A stretch of DNA of 64,000 nt. It comes from the human T2T-CHM13v2.0 reference genome, Homo sapiens. Positions 1 to 13,177 of this stretch are shown in pieces. The first letter of the stretch is position 1. Every line of letters starts with the position of its first letter. The notes beneath the pieces are model-generated. The model was not told the origin of the DNA. It searched no databases and worked only from the letters and a program-made list of their open reading frames with translations. The stretch lies in the NCBI RefSeq assembly GCF_009914755.1, contig NC_060938.1; one strand, given 5' to 3'. Both the position numbers and the translations under genes were made by a program.

Positions 1-132
1 CACTTGCAGATTCCACAGAAAGACTGTTTCAAAACTGCTCTGTCAATAGAAAGGTTCAACTCTGTTAGCTGCGTGCATATATCCCAAAGAAGATTCTGAG
101 ATTGCTTCTGTCTAGTTTTTATGGGAAGATAT

Positions 133-149
133 TTCCCTTTTCACCGTAG
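133..149 (-). promoter_or_regulatory. pJalpha-type site of an A-type monomer (representative; homologues at 475-491, 817-833, 1159-1175)
   Basis: TTCCCTTTTCACCGTAG lies exactly 171 bp before the CENP-B box at 304 and resembles the pJalpha consensus TTCCTTTTYCACCRTAG. Variants are TCCCTTTATCACCATGG, TTGCTTTTTCACCGTAG and TTCCTTTCTCACCATAG. Confidence 0.75.
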
Positions 150-303
150 GTGTCAAGGCGCTCCAAATGTCCACTTCCAGATACTACAAAAAGAGTGTTT
201 CAAACCTACTCTGTGAAAGGGAATATTCAACTCTGTGACTTGAATGCACATATCACAAAGAAGTTTCTGAGAATGCTTCTGTCGAGATTTTATATGAAGA
301 TAT

Positions 304-320
304 TCCCGTTTCCAACGAAA
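304..320 (-). promoter_or_regulatory. CENP-B box, dimer 1 (representative; 187 box positions expected in the window)
   Basis: TCCCGTTTCCAACGAAA is the reverse complement of TTTCGTTGGAAACGGGA and matches NTTCGNNNNANNCGGGN. Count is 46 x 4 plus 3 extra in the 10-mers; the last box is at 63720-63736. Confidence 0.97.
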
Positions 321-645
321 TGCTGAAATCTATCCAAATATCCCCTCGCAGATTCTACAAAAAGAGTGTTTCAAAACTGCTCTGTGAAAAGAAAGGTTCA
401 ACTCTGTTAGTTGAGTACACACATCACAAACAAGTTTCACAGAATGCTTCTTTCTAGCTTGTAGGGGAAGATATTCCCTTTATCACCATGGGCCTCCAAC
501 CGTCCGAAACATCCACTTCCCTATACTACAAAAAGAGCGTTTCAAACCTGCTCTATGAAAGGCAATGTTCAACTCTGTGACTTGAATGCAGACATCACAG
601 AGCAGTTTCTGAGAATGCTTCTGTCTAGATTTTATAGGAAGATAT

Positions 646-662
646 TCCCGTTTCCAACGAAA
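646..662 (-). promoter_or_regulatory. CENP-B box, dimer 2 (representative)
   Basis: TCCCGTTTCCAACGAAA, 342 bp after the previous box. Confidence 0.97.
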
Positions 663-987
663 TCTTCACAGCTATCCAAATATCCACTTGCAGATTCTAC
701 AAAAAGAGTGTATCAAAACTGCTCTGTCAAAAGGAAGGTTCTTCTCTGTTAGGTGAGTGCATACGTCATAAAGGAGTTTCTGAGAATGTTTCTGTCTAGT
801 GGTTATGGGAAGATATTTGCTTTTTCACCGTAGGCCTCAGAGCGCTCCAAATATCCACTTGCACATACTACAAAAAGAGTGCCTCAAAGCTGCTCTCTGA
901 AACGGAATGTTCAACTCTATGAGTTGAATGCAAACATCACAAAGACGTTTCTGAGAATGCTTCTGTGTAGATTTGATATGAAGATAT

Positions 988-1004
988 TCCCGTTTCCAAC
1001 GAAA
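988..1004 (-). promoter_or_regulatory. CENP-B box, dimer 3 (representative)
   Basis: TCCCGTTTCCAACGAAA, 342 bp after the previous box. Confidence 0.97.
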
Positions 1005-1325
1005 TCTTCAAATCTATCCAAATGTCCACTTGCAGATTCAACAAAAAGTGTTTTTCAGAACTGCTCTATCAAAAGAAAGATCCACCTCTGTTAGCTGAGT
1101 TCACACATCACAAACAAGTTTATGAGAATGCTTCTGTCTAGTTTTTATTTGAAGATATTTCCTTTCTCACCATAGAGCTGAAAGCTGTCCTAATGTTCAC
1201 TTCCAGATACTACAGAAAGAGTGTTTCAAAACTGCTGTACGAAAGGGAATGTTCAACTCTGTGACTTGAATGCACACATCACAAAGAAGTTTCTGAGGAT
1301 GCTGCTGTCTACTTTTTATACGTAA

Positions 1326-1342
1326 TCCCGTTTCCAACGAAA
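1326..1342 (-). promoter_or_regulatory. CENP-B box, dimer 4 (representative; adjacent to the 4-bp-shorter monomer segment)
   Basis: TCCCGTTTCCAACGAAA preceded by CTACTTTTTATACGTAA instead of the longer AGATTTTATATGAAGATAT-type flank; spacing is 338. Confidence 0.97.
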
Positions 1343-4300
1343 TCCTCCAAGCTATCCAAATATCCACTTGCAGATTCCACAGAAAGACTGTTTCAAAACT
1401 GCTCTGTCAATAGAAAGGTTCAACTCTGTTAGCTGCATGCATATATCCCAAAGAAGATTCTGAGATTGCTTCTGTCTAGTTTTTATGGGAAGATATTTCC
1501 CTTTTCACCGTAGGCGTCAAGGCGCTCCAAATGTCCACTTCCAGATACTACAAAAAGAGTGTTTCAAACCTACTCTGTGAAAGGGAATATTCAACTCTGT
1601 GACTTGAATGCACATATCACAAAGAAGTTTCTGAGAATGCTTCTGTCGAGATTTTACATGAAGATATTCCCGTTTCCAACCAAATGCTGAAATCTATCCA
1701 AATATCCCCTCGCAGATTCTACAAAAAGAGTGTTTCAAAACTGCTCTGTGAAAAGAAAGGTTCAACTCTGTTAGTTGAGTACACACATCACAAACAAGTT
1801 TCACAGAATGCTTCTTTCTAGCTTGTAGGGGAAGATATTCCCTTTATCACCATGGGCCTCCAACCGTCCGAAACATCCACTTCCATATACTACAAAAAGA
1901 GCGTTTCAAACCTGCTCTATGAAAGGCAATGTTCAACTCTGTGACTTGAATGCAGACATCACAGAGCAGTTTCTGAGAATGCTTCTGTCTAGATTTTATA
2001 GGAAGATATTCCCGTTTCCAACGAAATCTTCACAGCTATCCAAATATCCACTTGCAGATTCTACAAAAAGAGTGTATCAAAACTGCTCTGTCAAAAGGAA
2101 GGTTCTTCTCTGTTAGGTGAGTGCATACGTCATAAAGGAGTTTCTGAGAATGTTTCTGTCTAGTGGTTATGGGAAGATATTTGCTTTTTCACCGTAGGCC
2201 TCAGAGCGCTCCAAATATCCACTTGCACATACTACAAAAAGAGTGCCTCAAAGCTGCTCTCTGAAACGGAATGTTCAACTCTATGAGTTGAATGCAAACA
2301 TCACAAAGACGTTTCTGAGAATGCTTCTGTGTAGATTTGATATGAAGATATTCCCGTTTCCAACGAAATCTTCAAATCTATCCAAATGTCCACTTGCAGA
2401 TTCAACAAAAAGTGTTTTTCAGAACTGCTCTATCAAAAGAAAGATCCACCTCTGTTAGCTGAGTTCACACATCACAAACAAGTTTATGAGAATGCTTCTG
2501 TCTAGTTTTTATTTGAAGATATTTCCTTTCTCACCATAGAGCTGAAAGCTGTCCTAATGTTCACTTCCAGATACTACAGAAAGAGTGTTTCAAAACTGCT
2601 GTACGAAAGGGAATGTTCAACTCTGTGACTTGAATGCACACATCACAAAGAAGTTTCTGAGGATGCTGCTGTCTACTTTTTATACGTAATCCCGTTTCCA
2701 ACGAAATCCTCCCAGCTATCCAAATATCCACTTGCAGATTCCACAGAAAGACTGTTTCAAAACTGCTCTGTCAATAGAAAGGTTCAACTCTGTTAGCTGC
2801 ATGCATATATCCCAAAGAAGATTCTGAGATTGCTTCTGTCTAGTTTTTATGGGAAGATATTTCCCTTTTCACCGTAGGCGTCAAGGCGCTCCAAATGTCC
2901 ACTTCCAGATACTACAAAAAGAGTGTTTCAAACCTACTCTGTGAAAGGGAATATTCAACTCTGTGACTTGAATGCACATATCACAAGGAAGTTTCTGAGA
3001 ATGCTTCTGTCGAGATTTTATATGAAGATATTCCCGGTTCCAACGAAATCCTGAAATCTATCCAAATATCCCCTCGCAGATTCTACAAAAAGAGTGTTTC
3101 AAAACTGCTCTGTAAAAAGAAAGGTTCAACTCTGTTAGTTGAGTACACACATCACAAACAAGTTTCACACAATGCTTCTTTCTAGCTTGTAGGGGAAGAT
3201 ATTCCCTTTATCACCATGGGCCTCAAACCGTCCGATAAGTCCACTTCCATATACTACAAAAAGAGCGTTTCAAACCTGCTCTATGAAAGGCAATGTTCAA
3301 CTCTGTGACTTGAATGCAGACATCACAGAGCAGTTTCTGAGAATGCTTCTGTCTAGATTTTATAGGAAGATATTCCCGTTTCCAACGAAATCTTCACAGC
3401 TATCCAAATATCCACTTGCAGATTTTACAAAAAGAGTGTATCAAAACTGCTCTGTCAAAAGGAAGGTTCTTTTCTGTTAGGTGAGTGCATACGTCATAAA
3501 GGAGTTTCTGAGAATGTTTCTGTCTAGTGGTTATGGGAAGATATTTGCTTTTTCACCGTAGGCCTCAGAGCGCTCCAAATATCCACTTGCACATACTACA
3601 AAAAGAGTGCCTCAAAGCTGCTCTCTGAAACGGAATGTTCAACTCTATGAGTTGAATGCAAACATCGCAAAGACGTTTCTGAGAATGCTTCTGTCTAGAT
3701 TTGATATGAAGATATTCCCGTTTCCAACGAAATCTTCAAATCTATCCAAATGTCCACTTGCAGATTCAACAAAAAGTGTTTTTCAGAACTGCTCTATCAA
3801 AAGAAAGATCCACCTCTGTTAGCTGAGTTCACACATCACAAACAAGTTTATGAGAATGCTTCTGTCTAGTTTTTATTTGAAGATATTTCCTTTCTCACCA
3901 TAGAGCTGAAAGCTGTCCTAATGTTCACTTCCAGATACTACAGAAAGAGTGTTTCAAAACTGCTGTACGAAAGGGAATGTTCAACTCTGTGACTTGAATG
4001 CACACATCACAAAGAAGTTTCTGAGGATGCTGCTGTCTACTTTTTATACGTAATCCCGTTTCCAACGAAATCCTCCAAGCTATCCAAATATCCACTTGCA
4101 GATTCCACAGAAAGACTGTTTCAAAACTGCTCTGTCAATAGAAAGGTTCAACTCTGTTAGCTGCGTGCATATATCCCAAAGAAGATTCTGAGATTGCTTC
4201 TGTCTAGTTTTTATGGGAAGATATTTCCCTTTTCACCGTAGGTGTCAAGGCGCTCCAAATGTCCACTTCCAGATACTACAAAAAGAGTGTTTCAAACCTA

Positions 4301-6707
4301 CTCTGTGAAAGGGAATATTCAACTCTGTGACTTGAATGCACATATCACAAAGAAGTTTCTGAGAATGCTTCTGTCGAGATTTTATATGAAGATATTCCCG
4401 TTTCCAACGAAATGCTGAAATCTATCCAAATATCCCCTCGCAGATTCTACAAAAAGAGTGTTTCAAAACTGCTCTGTGAAAAGAAAGGTTCAACTCTGTT
4501 AGTTGAGTACACACATCACAAACAAGTTTCACAGAATGCTTCTTTCTAGCTTGTAGGGGAAGATATTCCCTTTATCACCATGGGCCTCAAACCGTCCGAA
4601 AAGTCCACTTCCATATACTACAAAAAGAGCGTTTCAAACCTGCTCTATGAAAGGCAATGTTCAACTCTGTGACTTGAATGCAGACATCACAGAGCAGTTT
4701 CTGAGAATGCTTCTGTCTAGATTTTATAGGAAGATATTCCCGTTTCCAACGAAATCTTCACAGCTATCCAAATATCCACTTGCAGATTCTACAAAAAGAG
4801 TGTATCAAAACTGCTCTGTCAAAAGGAAGGTTCTTTTCTGTTAGGTGAGTGCATACGTCATAAAGGAGTTTCTGAGAATGTTTCTGTCTAGTGGTTATGG
4901 GAAGATATTTGCTTTTTCACCGTAGGCCTCAGAGCGCTCCAAATATCCACTTGCACATACTACAAAAAGAGTGCCTCAAAGCTGCTCTCTGAAACGGAAT
5001 GTTCAACTCTATGAGTTGAATGCAAACATCGCAAAGACGTTTCTGAGAATGCTTCTGTCTAGATTTGATATGAAGATATTCCCGTTTCCAACGAAATCTT
5101 CAAATCTATCCAAATGTCCACTTGCAGATTCAACAAAAAGTGTTTTTCAGAACTGCTCTATCAAAAGAAAGATCCACCTCTGTTAGCTGAGTTCACACAT
5201 CACAAACAAGTTTATGAGAATGCTTCTGACTAGTTTTTATTTGAAGATATTTCCTTTCTCACCATAGAGCTGAAAGCTGTCCTAATGTTCACTTCCAGAT
5301 ACTACAGAAAGAGTGTTTCAAAACTGCTGTACGAAAGGGAATGTTCAACTCTGTGACTTGAATGCACACATCACAAAGAAGTTTCTGAGGATGCTGCTGT
5401 CTACTTTTTATACGTAATCCCGTTTCCAACGAAATCCTCCAAGCTATCCAAATATCCACTTGCAGATTCCACAGAAAGACTGTTTCAAAACTGCTCTGTC
5501 AATAGAAAGGTTCAACTCTGTTAGCTGCATGCATATATCCCAAAGAAGATTCTGAGATTGCTTCTGTCTAGTTTTTATGGGAAGATATTTCCCTTTTCAC
5601 CGTAGGCGTCAAGGCGCTCCAAATGTCCACTTCCAGATACTACAAAAAGAGTGTTTCAAACCTACTCTGTGAAAGGGAATATTCAACTCTGTGACTTGAA
5701 TGCACATATCACAAGGAAGTTTCTGAGAATGCTTCTGTCGAGATTTTATATGAAGATATTCCCGTTTCCAACGAAATCCTGAAATGTATCCAAATATCCC
5801 CTTGCAGATTCTACAAAAAGAGTGTTTCAAAACTGCTCTGTAAAAAGAAAGGTTCAACTCTGTTAGTTGAGTACACACATCACAAACAAGTTTCACACAA
5901 TGCTTCTTTCTAGCTTGTAGGGGAAGATATTCCCTTTATCACCATGGGCCTCAAACTGTCCGAAAAGTCCACTTCCATATACTACAAAAAGAGCGTTTCA
6001 AACCTGCTCTATGAAAGGCAATGTTCAACTCTGTGACTTGAATGCAGACATCACAGAGCAGTTTCTGAGAATGCTTCTGTCTAGATTTTATAGGAAGATA
6101 TTCCCGTTTCCAACGAAATCTTCACAGCTATCCAAATATCCACTTGCAGATTCTACAAAAAGAGTGTATCAAAACTGCTCTGTCAAAAGGAAGGTTCTTT
6201 TCTGTTAGGTGAGTGCATACGTCATAAAGGAGTTTCTGAGAATGTTTCTGTCTAGTGGTTATGGGAAGATATTTGCTTTTTCACCGTAGGCCTCAGAGCG
6301 CTCCAAATATCCACTTGCACATACTACAAAAAGAGTGCCTCAAAGCTGCTCTCTGAAACGGAATGTTCAACTCTATGAGTTGAATGCAAACATCGCAAAG
6401 ACGTTTCTGAGAATGCTTCTGTCTAGATTTGATATGAAGATATTCCCGTTTCCAACGAAATCTTCAAATCTATCCAAATGTCCACTTGCAGATTCAACAA
6501 AAAGTGTTTTTCAGAACTGCTCTATCAAAAGAAAGATCCACCTCTGTTAGCTGAGTTCACACATCACAAACAAGTTTATGAGAATGCTTCTGTCTAGTTT
6601 TTATTTGAAGATATTTCCTTTCTCACCATAGAGCTGAAAGCTGTCCTAATGTTCACTTCCAGATACTACAGAAAGAGTGTTTCAAAACTGCTGTACGAAA
6701 GGGAATG

Positions 6708-7383
6708 TTCAACTCTGTGACTTGAATGCACACATCACAAAGAAGTTTCTGAGGATGCTGCTGTCTACTTTTTATACGTAATCCCGTTTCCAACGAAATC
6801 CTCCAAGCTATCCAAATATCCACTTGCAGATTCCACAGAAAGACTGTTTCAAAACTGCTCTGTCAATAGAAAGGTTCAACTCTGTTAGCTGCGTGCATAT
6901 ATCCCAAAGAAGATTCTGAGATTGCTTCTGTCTAGTTTTTATGGGAAGATATTTCCCTCTTCACCGTAGGTGTCAAGGCGCTCCAAATGTCCACTTCCAG
7001 ATACTACAAAAAGAGTGTTTCAAACCTACTCTGTGAAAGGGAATATTCAACTCTGTGACTTGAATGCACACATCACAAAGAAGTTTCTGAGGATGCTGCT
7101 GTCTACTTTTTATACGTAATCCCGTTTCCAACGAAATCCTCCAAGCTATCCAAATATCCACTTGCAGATTCCACAGAAAGACTGTTTCAAAACTGCTCTG
7201 TCAATAGAAAGGTTCAACTCTGTTAGCTGCATGCATATATCCCAAAGAAGATTCTGAGATTGCTTCTGTCTAGTTTTTATGGGAAGATATTTCCCTTTTC
7301 ACCGTAGGCGTCAAGGCGCTCCAAATGTCCACTTCCAGATACTACAAAAAGAGTGTTTCAAACCTACTCTGTGAAAGGGAATA
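6708..7383 (-). repeat. 10-mer structural variant 1: tandem duplication of the 338-bp dimer
   Basis: Anchor spacing 6011 to 7713 is 1702. The TATACGTAATCCCG motif occurs twice, 338 bp apart. A hybrid monomer crosses over within 7046-7070. Confidence 0.95.
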
Positions 7384-10300
7384 TTCAACTCTGTGACTTG
7401 AATGCACATATCACAAGGAAGTTTCTGAGAATGCTTCTGTCGAGATTTTATATGAAGATATTCCCGTTTCCAACGAAATCCTGAAATCTATCCAAATATC
7501 CCCTTGCAGATTCTACAAAAAGAGTGTTTCAAAACTGCTCTGTAAAAAGAAAGGTTCAACTCTGTTAGTTGAGTACACACATCACAAACAAGTTTCACAC
7601 AATGCTTCTTTCTAGCTTGTAGGGGAAGATATTCCCTTTATCACCATGGGCCTCAAACCGTCCGAAAAGTCCACTTCCATATACTACAAAAAGAGCGTTT
7701 CAAACCTGCTCTATGAAAGGCAATGTTCAACTCTGTGACTTGAATGCAGACATCACAGAGCAGTTTCTGAGAATGCTTCTGTCTAGATTTTATAGGAAGA
7801 TATTCCCGTTTCCAACGAAATCTTCACAGCTATCCAAATATCCACTTGCAGATTCTACAAAAAGAGTGTATCAAAACTGCTCTGTCAAAAGGAAGTTTCT
7901 TTTCTGTTAGGTGAGTGCATACGTCATAAAGGAGTTTCTGAGAATGTTTCTGTCTAGTGGTTATGGGAAGATATTTGCTTTTTCACCGTAGGCCTCAGAG
8001 CGCTCCAAATATCCACTTGCACATACTACAAAAAGAGTGCCTCAAAGCTGCTCTCTGAAACGGAATGTTCAACTCTATGAGTTGAATGCAAACATCGCAA
8101 AGACGTTTCTGAGAATGCTTCTGTCTAGATTTGATATGAAGATATTCCCGTTTCCAACGAAATCTTCAAATCTATCCAAATGTCCACTTGCAGATTCAAC
8201 AAAAAGTGTTTTTCAGAACTGCTCTATCAAAAGAAAGATCCACCTCTGTTAGCTGAGTTCACACATCACAAACAAGTTTATGAGAATGCTTCTGTCTAGT
8301 TTTTATTTGAAGATATTTCCTTTCTCACCATAGAGCTGAAAGCTGTCCTAATGTTCACTTCCAGATACTACAGAAAGAGTGTTTCAAAACTGCTGTACGA
8401 AAGGGAATGTTCAACTCTGTGACTTGAATGCACACATCACAAAGAAGTTTCTGAGGATGCTGCTGTCTACTTTTTATACGTAATCCCGTTTCCAACGAAA
8501 TCCTCCAAGCTATCCAAATATCCACTTGCAGATTCCACAGAAAGACTGTTTCAAAACTGCTCTGTCAATAGAAAGGTTCAACTCTGTTAGCTGCGTGCAT
8601 ATATCCCAAAGAAGATTCTGAGATTGCTTCTGTCTAGTTTTTATGGGAAGATATTTCCCTTTTCACCGTAGGTGTCAAGGCGCTCCAAATGTCCACTTCC
8701 AGATACTACAAAAAGAGTGTTTCAAACCTACTCTGTGAAAGGGAATATTCAACTCTGTGACTTGAATGCACATATCACAAAGAAGTTTCTGAGAATGCTT
8801 CTGTCGAGATTTTATATGAAGATATTCCCGTTTCCAACGAAATGCTGAAATCTATCCAAATATCCCCTCGCAGATTCTACAAAAAGAGTGTTTCAAAACT
8901 GCTCTGTGAAAAGAAAGGTTCAACTCTGTTAGTTGAGTACACACATCACAAACAAGTTTCACAGAATGCTTCTTTCTAGCTTGTAGGGGAAGATATTCCC
9001 TTTATCACCATGGGCCTCCAACCGTCCGAAACATCCACTTCCATATACTACAAAAAGAGCGTTTCAAACCTGCTCTATGAAAGGCAATGTTCAACTCTGT
9101 GACTTGAATGCAGACATCACAGAGCAGTTTCTGAGAATGCTTCTGTCTAGATTTTATAGGAAGATATTCCCGTTTCCAACGAAATCTTCACAGCTATCCA
9201 AATATCCACTTGCAGATTCTACAAAAAGAGTGTATCAAAACTGCTCTGTCAAAAGGAAGGTTCTTCTCTGTTAGGTGAGTGCATACGTCATAAAGGAGTT
9301 TCTGAGAATGTTTCTCTCTAGTGGTTATGGGAAGATATTTGCTTTTTCACCGTAGGCCTCAGAGCGCTCCAAATATCCACTTGCACATACTACAAAAAGA
9401 GTGCCTCAAAGCTGCTCTCTGAAACGGAATGTTCAACTCTATGAGTTGAATGCAAACATCGCAAAGACGTTTCTGAGAATGCTTCTGTCTAGATTTGATA
9501 TGAAGATATTCCCGTTTCCAACGAAATCTTCAAATCTATCCAAATGTCCACTTGCAGATTCAACAAAAAGTGTTTTTCAGAACTGCTCTATCAAAAGAAA
9601 GATCCACCTCTGTTAGCTGAGTTCACACATCACAAACAAGTTTATGAGAATGCTTCTGTCTAGTTTTTATTTGAAGATATTTCCTTTCTCACCATAGAGC
9701 TGAAAGCTGTCCTAATGTTCACTTCCAGATACTACAGAAAGAGTGTTTCAAAACTGCTGTACGAAAGGGAATGTTCAACTCTGTGACTTGAATGCACACA
9801 TCACAAAGAAGTTTCTGAGGATGCTGCTGTCTACTTTTTATACGTAATCCCGTTTCCAACGAAATCCTCCAAGCTATCCAAATATCCACTTGCAGATTCC
9901 ACAGAAAGACTGTTTCAAAACTGCTCTGTCAATAGAAAGGTTCAACTCTGTTAGCTGCGTGCATATATCCCAAAGAAGATTCTGAGATTGCTTCTGTCTA
10001 GTTTTTATGGGAAGATATTTCCCTTTTCACCGTAGGTGTCAAGGCGCTCCAAATGTCCACTTCCAGATACTACAAAAAGAGTGTTTCAAACCTACTCTGT
10101 GAAAGGGAATATTCAACTCTGTGACTTGAATGCACATATCACAAAGAAGTTTCTGAGAATGCTTCTGTCGAGATTTTATATGAAGATATTCCCGTTTCCA
10201 ACGAAATGCTGAAATCTATCCAAATATCCCCTCGCAGATTCTACAAAAAGAGTGTTTCAAAACTGCTCTGTGAAAAGAAAGGTTCAACTCTGTTAGTTGA

Positions 10301-12501
10301 GTACACACATCACAAACAAGTTTCACAGAATGCTTCTTTCTAGCTTGTAGGGGAAGATATTCCCTTTATCACCATGGGCCTCCAACCGTCCGAAACATCC
10401 ACTTCCCTATACTACAAAAAGAGCGTTTCAAACCTGCTCTATGAAAGGCAATGTTCAACTCTGTGACTTGAATGCAGACATCACAGAGCAGTTTCTGAGA
10501 ATGCTTCTGTCTAGATTTTATAGGAAGATATTCCCGTTTCCAACGAAATCTTCACAGCTATCCAAATATCCACTTGCAGATTCTACAAAAAGAGTGTATC
10601 AAAACTGCTCTGTCAAAAGGAAGGTTCTTCTCTGTTAGGTGAGTGCATACGTCATAAAGGAGTTTCTGAGAATGTTTCTGTCTAGTGGTTATGGGAAGAT
10701 ATTTGCTTTTTCACCGTAGGCCTCAGAGCGCTCCAAATATCCACTTGCACATACTACAAAAAGAGTGCTTCAAAGCTGCTCTCTGAAACGGAATGTTCAA
10801 CTCTATGAGTTGAATGCAAACATCACAAAGACGTTTCTGAGAATGCTTCTGTCTAGATTTGATATGAAGATATTCCCGTTTCCAACGAAATCTTCAAATC
10901 TATCCAAATGTCCACTTGCAGATTCAACAAAAAGTGTTTTTCAGAACTGCTCTATCAAAAGAAAGATCCACCTCTGTTAGCTGAGTTCACACATCACAAA
11001 CAACTTTATGAGAATGCTTCTGTCTAGTTTTTATTTGAAGATATTTCCTTTCTCACCATAGAGCTGAAAGCTGTCCTAATGTTCACTTCCAGATACTACA
11101 GAAAGAGTGTTTCAAAACTGCTGTACGAAAGGGAATGTTCAACTCTGTGACTTGAATGCACACATCACAAAGAAGTTTCTGAGGATGCTGCTGTCTACTT
11201 TTTATACGTAATCCCGTTTCCAACGAAATCCTCCAAGCTATCCAAATATCCACTTGCAGATTCCACAGAAAGACTGTTTCAAAACTGCTCTGTCAATAGA
11301 AAGGTTCAACTCTGTTAGCTGCATGCATATATCCCAAAGAAGATTCTGAGATTGCTTCTGTCTAGTTTTTATGGGAAGATATTTCCCTTTTCACCGTAGG
11401 CGTCAAGGCGCTCCAAATGTCCACTTCCAGATACTACAAAAAGAGTGTTTCAAACCTACTCTGTGAAAGGGAATATTCAACTCTGTGACTTGAATGCACA
11501 TATCACAAGGAAGTTTCTGAGAATGCTTCTGTCGAATTTTTATATGAAGATATTCCCGTTTCCAACGAAATCCTGAAATCTATCCAAATATCCCCTTGCA
11601 GATTCTACTAAAAGAGTGTTTCAAAACTGCTCTGTAAAAAGAAAGGTTCAACTCTGTTAGTTGAGTACACACATCACAAACAAGTTTCACACAATGCTTC
11701 TTTCTAGCTTGTAGGGGAAGATATTCCCTTTATCACCATGGGCCTCAAACCGTCCGATAAGTCCACTTCCATATACTACAAAAAGAGCGTTTCAAACCTG
11801 CTCTATGAAAGGCAATGTTCAACTCTGTGACTTGAATGCAGACATCACAGAGCAGTTTCTGAGAATGCTTCTGTCTAGATTTTATAGGAAGATATTCCCG
11901 TTTCCAACGAAATCTTCACAGCTATCCAAATATCCACTTGCAGATTCTACAAAAAGAGTGTATCAAAACTGCTCTGTCAAAAGGAAGGTTCTTTTCTGTT
12001 AGGTGAGTGCATACGTCATAAAGGAGTTTCTGAGAATGTTTCTGTCTAGTGGTTATGGGAAGATATTTGCTTTTTCACCGTAGGCCTCAGAGCGCTCCAA
12101 ATATCCACTTGCACATACTACAAAAAGAGTGCCTCAAAGCTGCTCTCTGAAACGGAATGTTCAACTCTATGAGTTGAATGCAAACATCGCAAAGACGTTT
12201 CTGAGAATGCTTCTGTCTAGATTTGATATGAAGATATTCCCGTTTCCAACGAAATCTTCAAATCTATCCAAATGTCCACTTGCAGATTCAACAAAAAGTG
12301 TTTTTCAGAACTGCTCTATCAAAAGAAAGATCCACCTCTGTTAGCTGAGTTCACACATCACAAACAAGTTTATGAGAATGCTTCTGTCTAGTTTTTATTT
12401 GAAGATATTTCCTTTCTCACCATAGAGCTGAAAGCTGTCCTAATGTTCACTTCCAGATATTACAGAAAGAGTGTTTCAAAACTGCTGTACGAAAGGGAAT
12501 G

Positions 12502-13177
12502 TTCAACTCTGTGACTTGAATGCACACATCACAAAGAAGTTTCTGAGGATGCTGCTGTCTACTTTTTATACGTAATCCCGTTTCCAACGAAATCCTCCAA
12601 GCTATCCAAATATCCACTTGCAGATTCCACAGAAAGACTGTTTCAAAACTGCTCTGTCAATAGAAAGGTTCAACTCTGTTAGCTGCGTGCATATATCCCA
12701 AAGAAGATTCTGAGATTGCTTCTGTCTAGTTTTTATGGGAAGATATTTCCCTTTTCACCGTAGGTGTCAAGGCGCTCCAAATGTCCACTTCCAGATAGTA
12801 GAAAAAGAGTGTTTCAAACCAACTCTGTGAAAGGGAATATTCAACTCTGTGACTTGAATGCACACATCACAAAGAAGTTTCTGAGGATGCTGCTGTCTAC
12901 TTTTTATACGTAATCCCGTTTCCAACGAAATCCTCCAAGCTATCCAAATATCCACTTGCAGATTCCACAGAAAGACTGTTTCAAAACTGCTCTGTCAATA
13001 GAAAGGTTCAACTCTGTTAGCTGCATGCATATATCCCAAAGAAGATTCTGAGATTGCTTCTGTCTAGTTTTTATGGGAAGATATTTCCCTTTTCACCGTA
13101 GGCGTCAAGGCGCTCCAAATGTCTACTTCCAGATACTACAAAAAGAGTGTTTCAAACCTACTCTGTGAAAGGGAATA
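12502..13177 (-). repeat. 10-mer structural variant 2: tandem duplication of the 338-bp dimer
   Basis: Anchor spacing 11805 to 13507 is 1702. The hybrid monomer crosses over within 12840-12864. Confidence 0.95.

Larger units (their letters stand above)
304..1667 (-). repeat. Representative canonical 8-mer HOR unit (1364 bp), phased from a CENP-B box
   Basis: Boxes start at 304, 646, 988, 1326 and 1668, giving spacings of 342, 342, 338 and 342. The typical unit has one TaqI site (TCGA, e.g. 282-285), one NcoI site (CCATGG, 486-491) and two XbaI sites (624-629; the second is mutated at 967 in this copy). Confidence 0.95.

Noticed and set aside
1318-1324. Short palindromes (TACGTA, GCATGC, AGCGCT, AGGCCT) as a regulatory or cruciform system
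   Set aside because: They are 6-bp dyads that occur readily by chance and recur only because the HOR repeats; nothing in the sequence supports a function.
3032-3048. Variant CENP-B boxes at 3032, 17006, 40194 and 63040 as loss-of-function
   Set aside because: The changes fall at non-essential positions of NTTCGNNNNANNCGGGN; the 17006 variant matches the alternative canonical GAAGCGGGA form.
5609-5896. 95-aa minus-strand ORF
   Set aside because: It appears in a single unit because a private SNV (C>G near 5786) removes a stop codon; the sequence is ordinary satellite.
6973-7161. 62-aa minus-strand ORF, also at 12767-12955 and 62209-62397
   Set aside because: It is a by-product of the 10-mer hybrid junction fusing two open stretches. 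It marks the structural variant and is not evidence of a gene.
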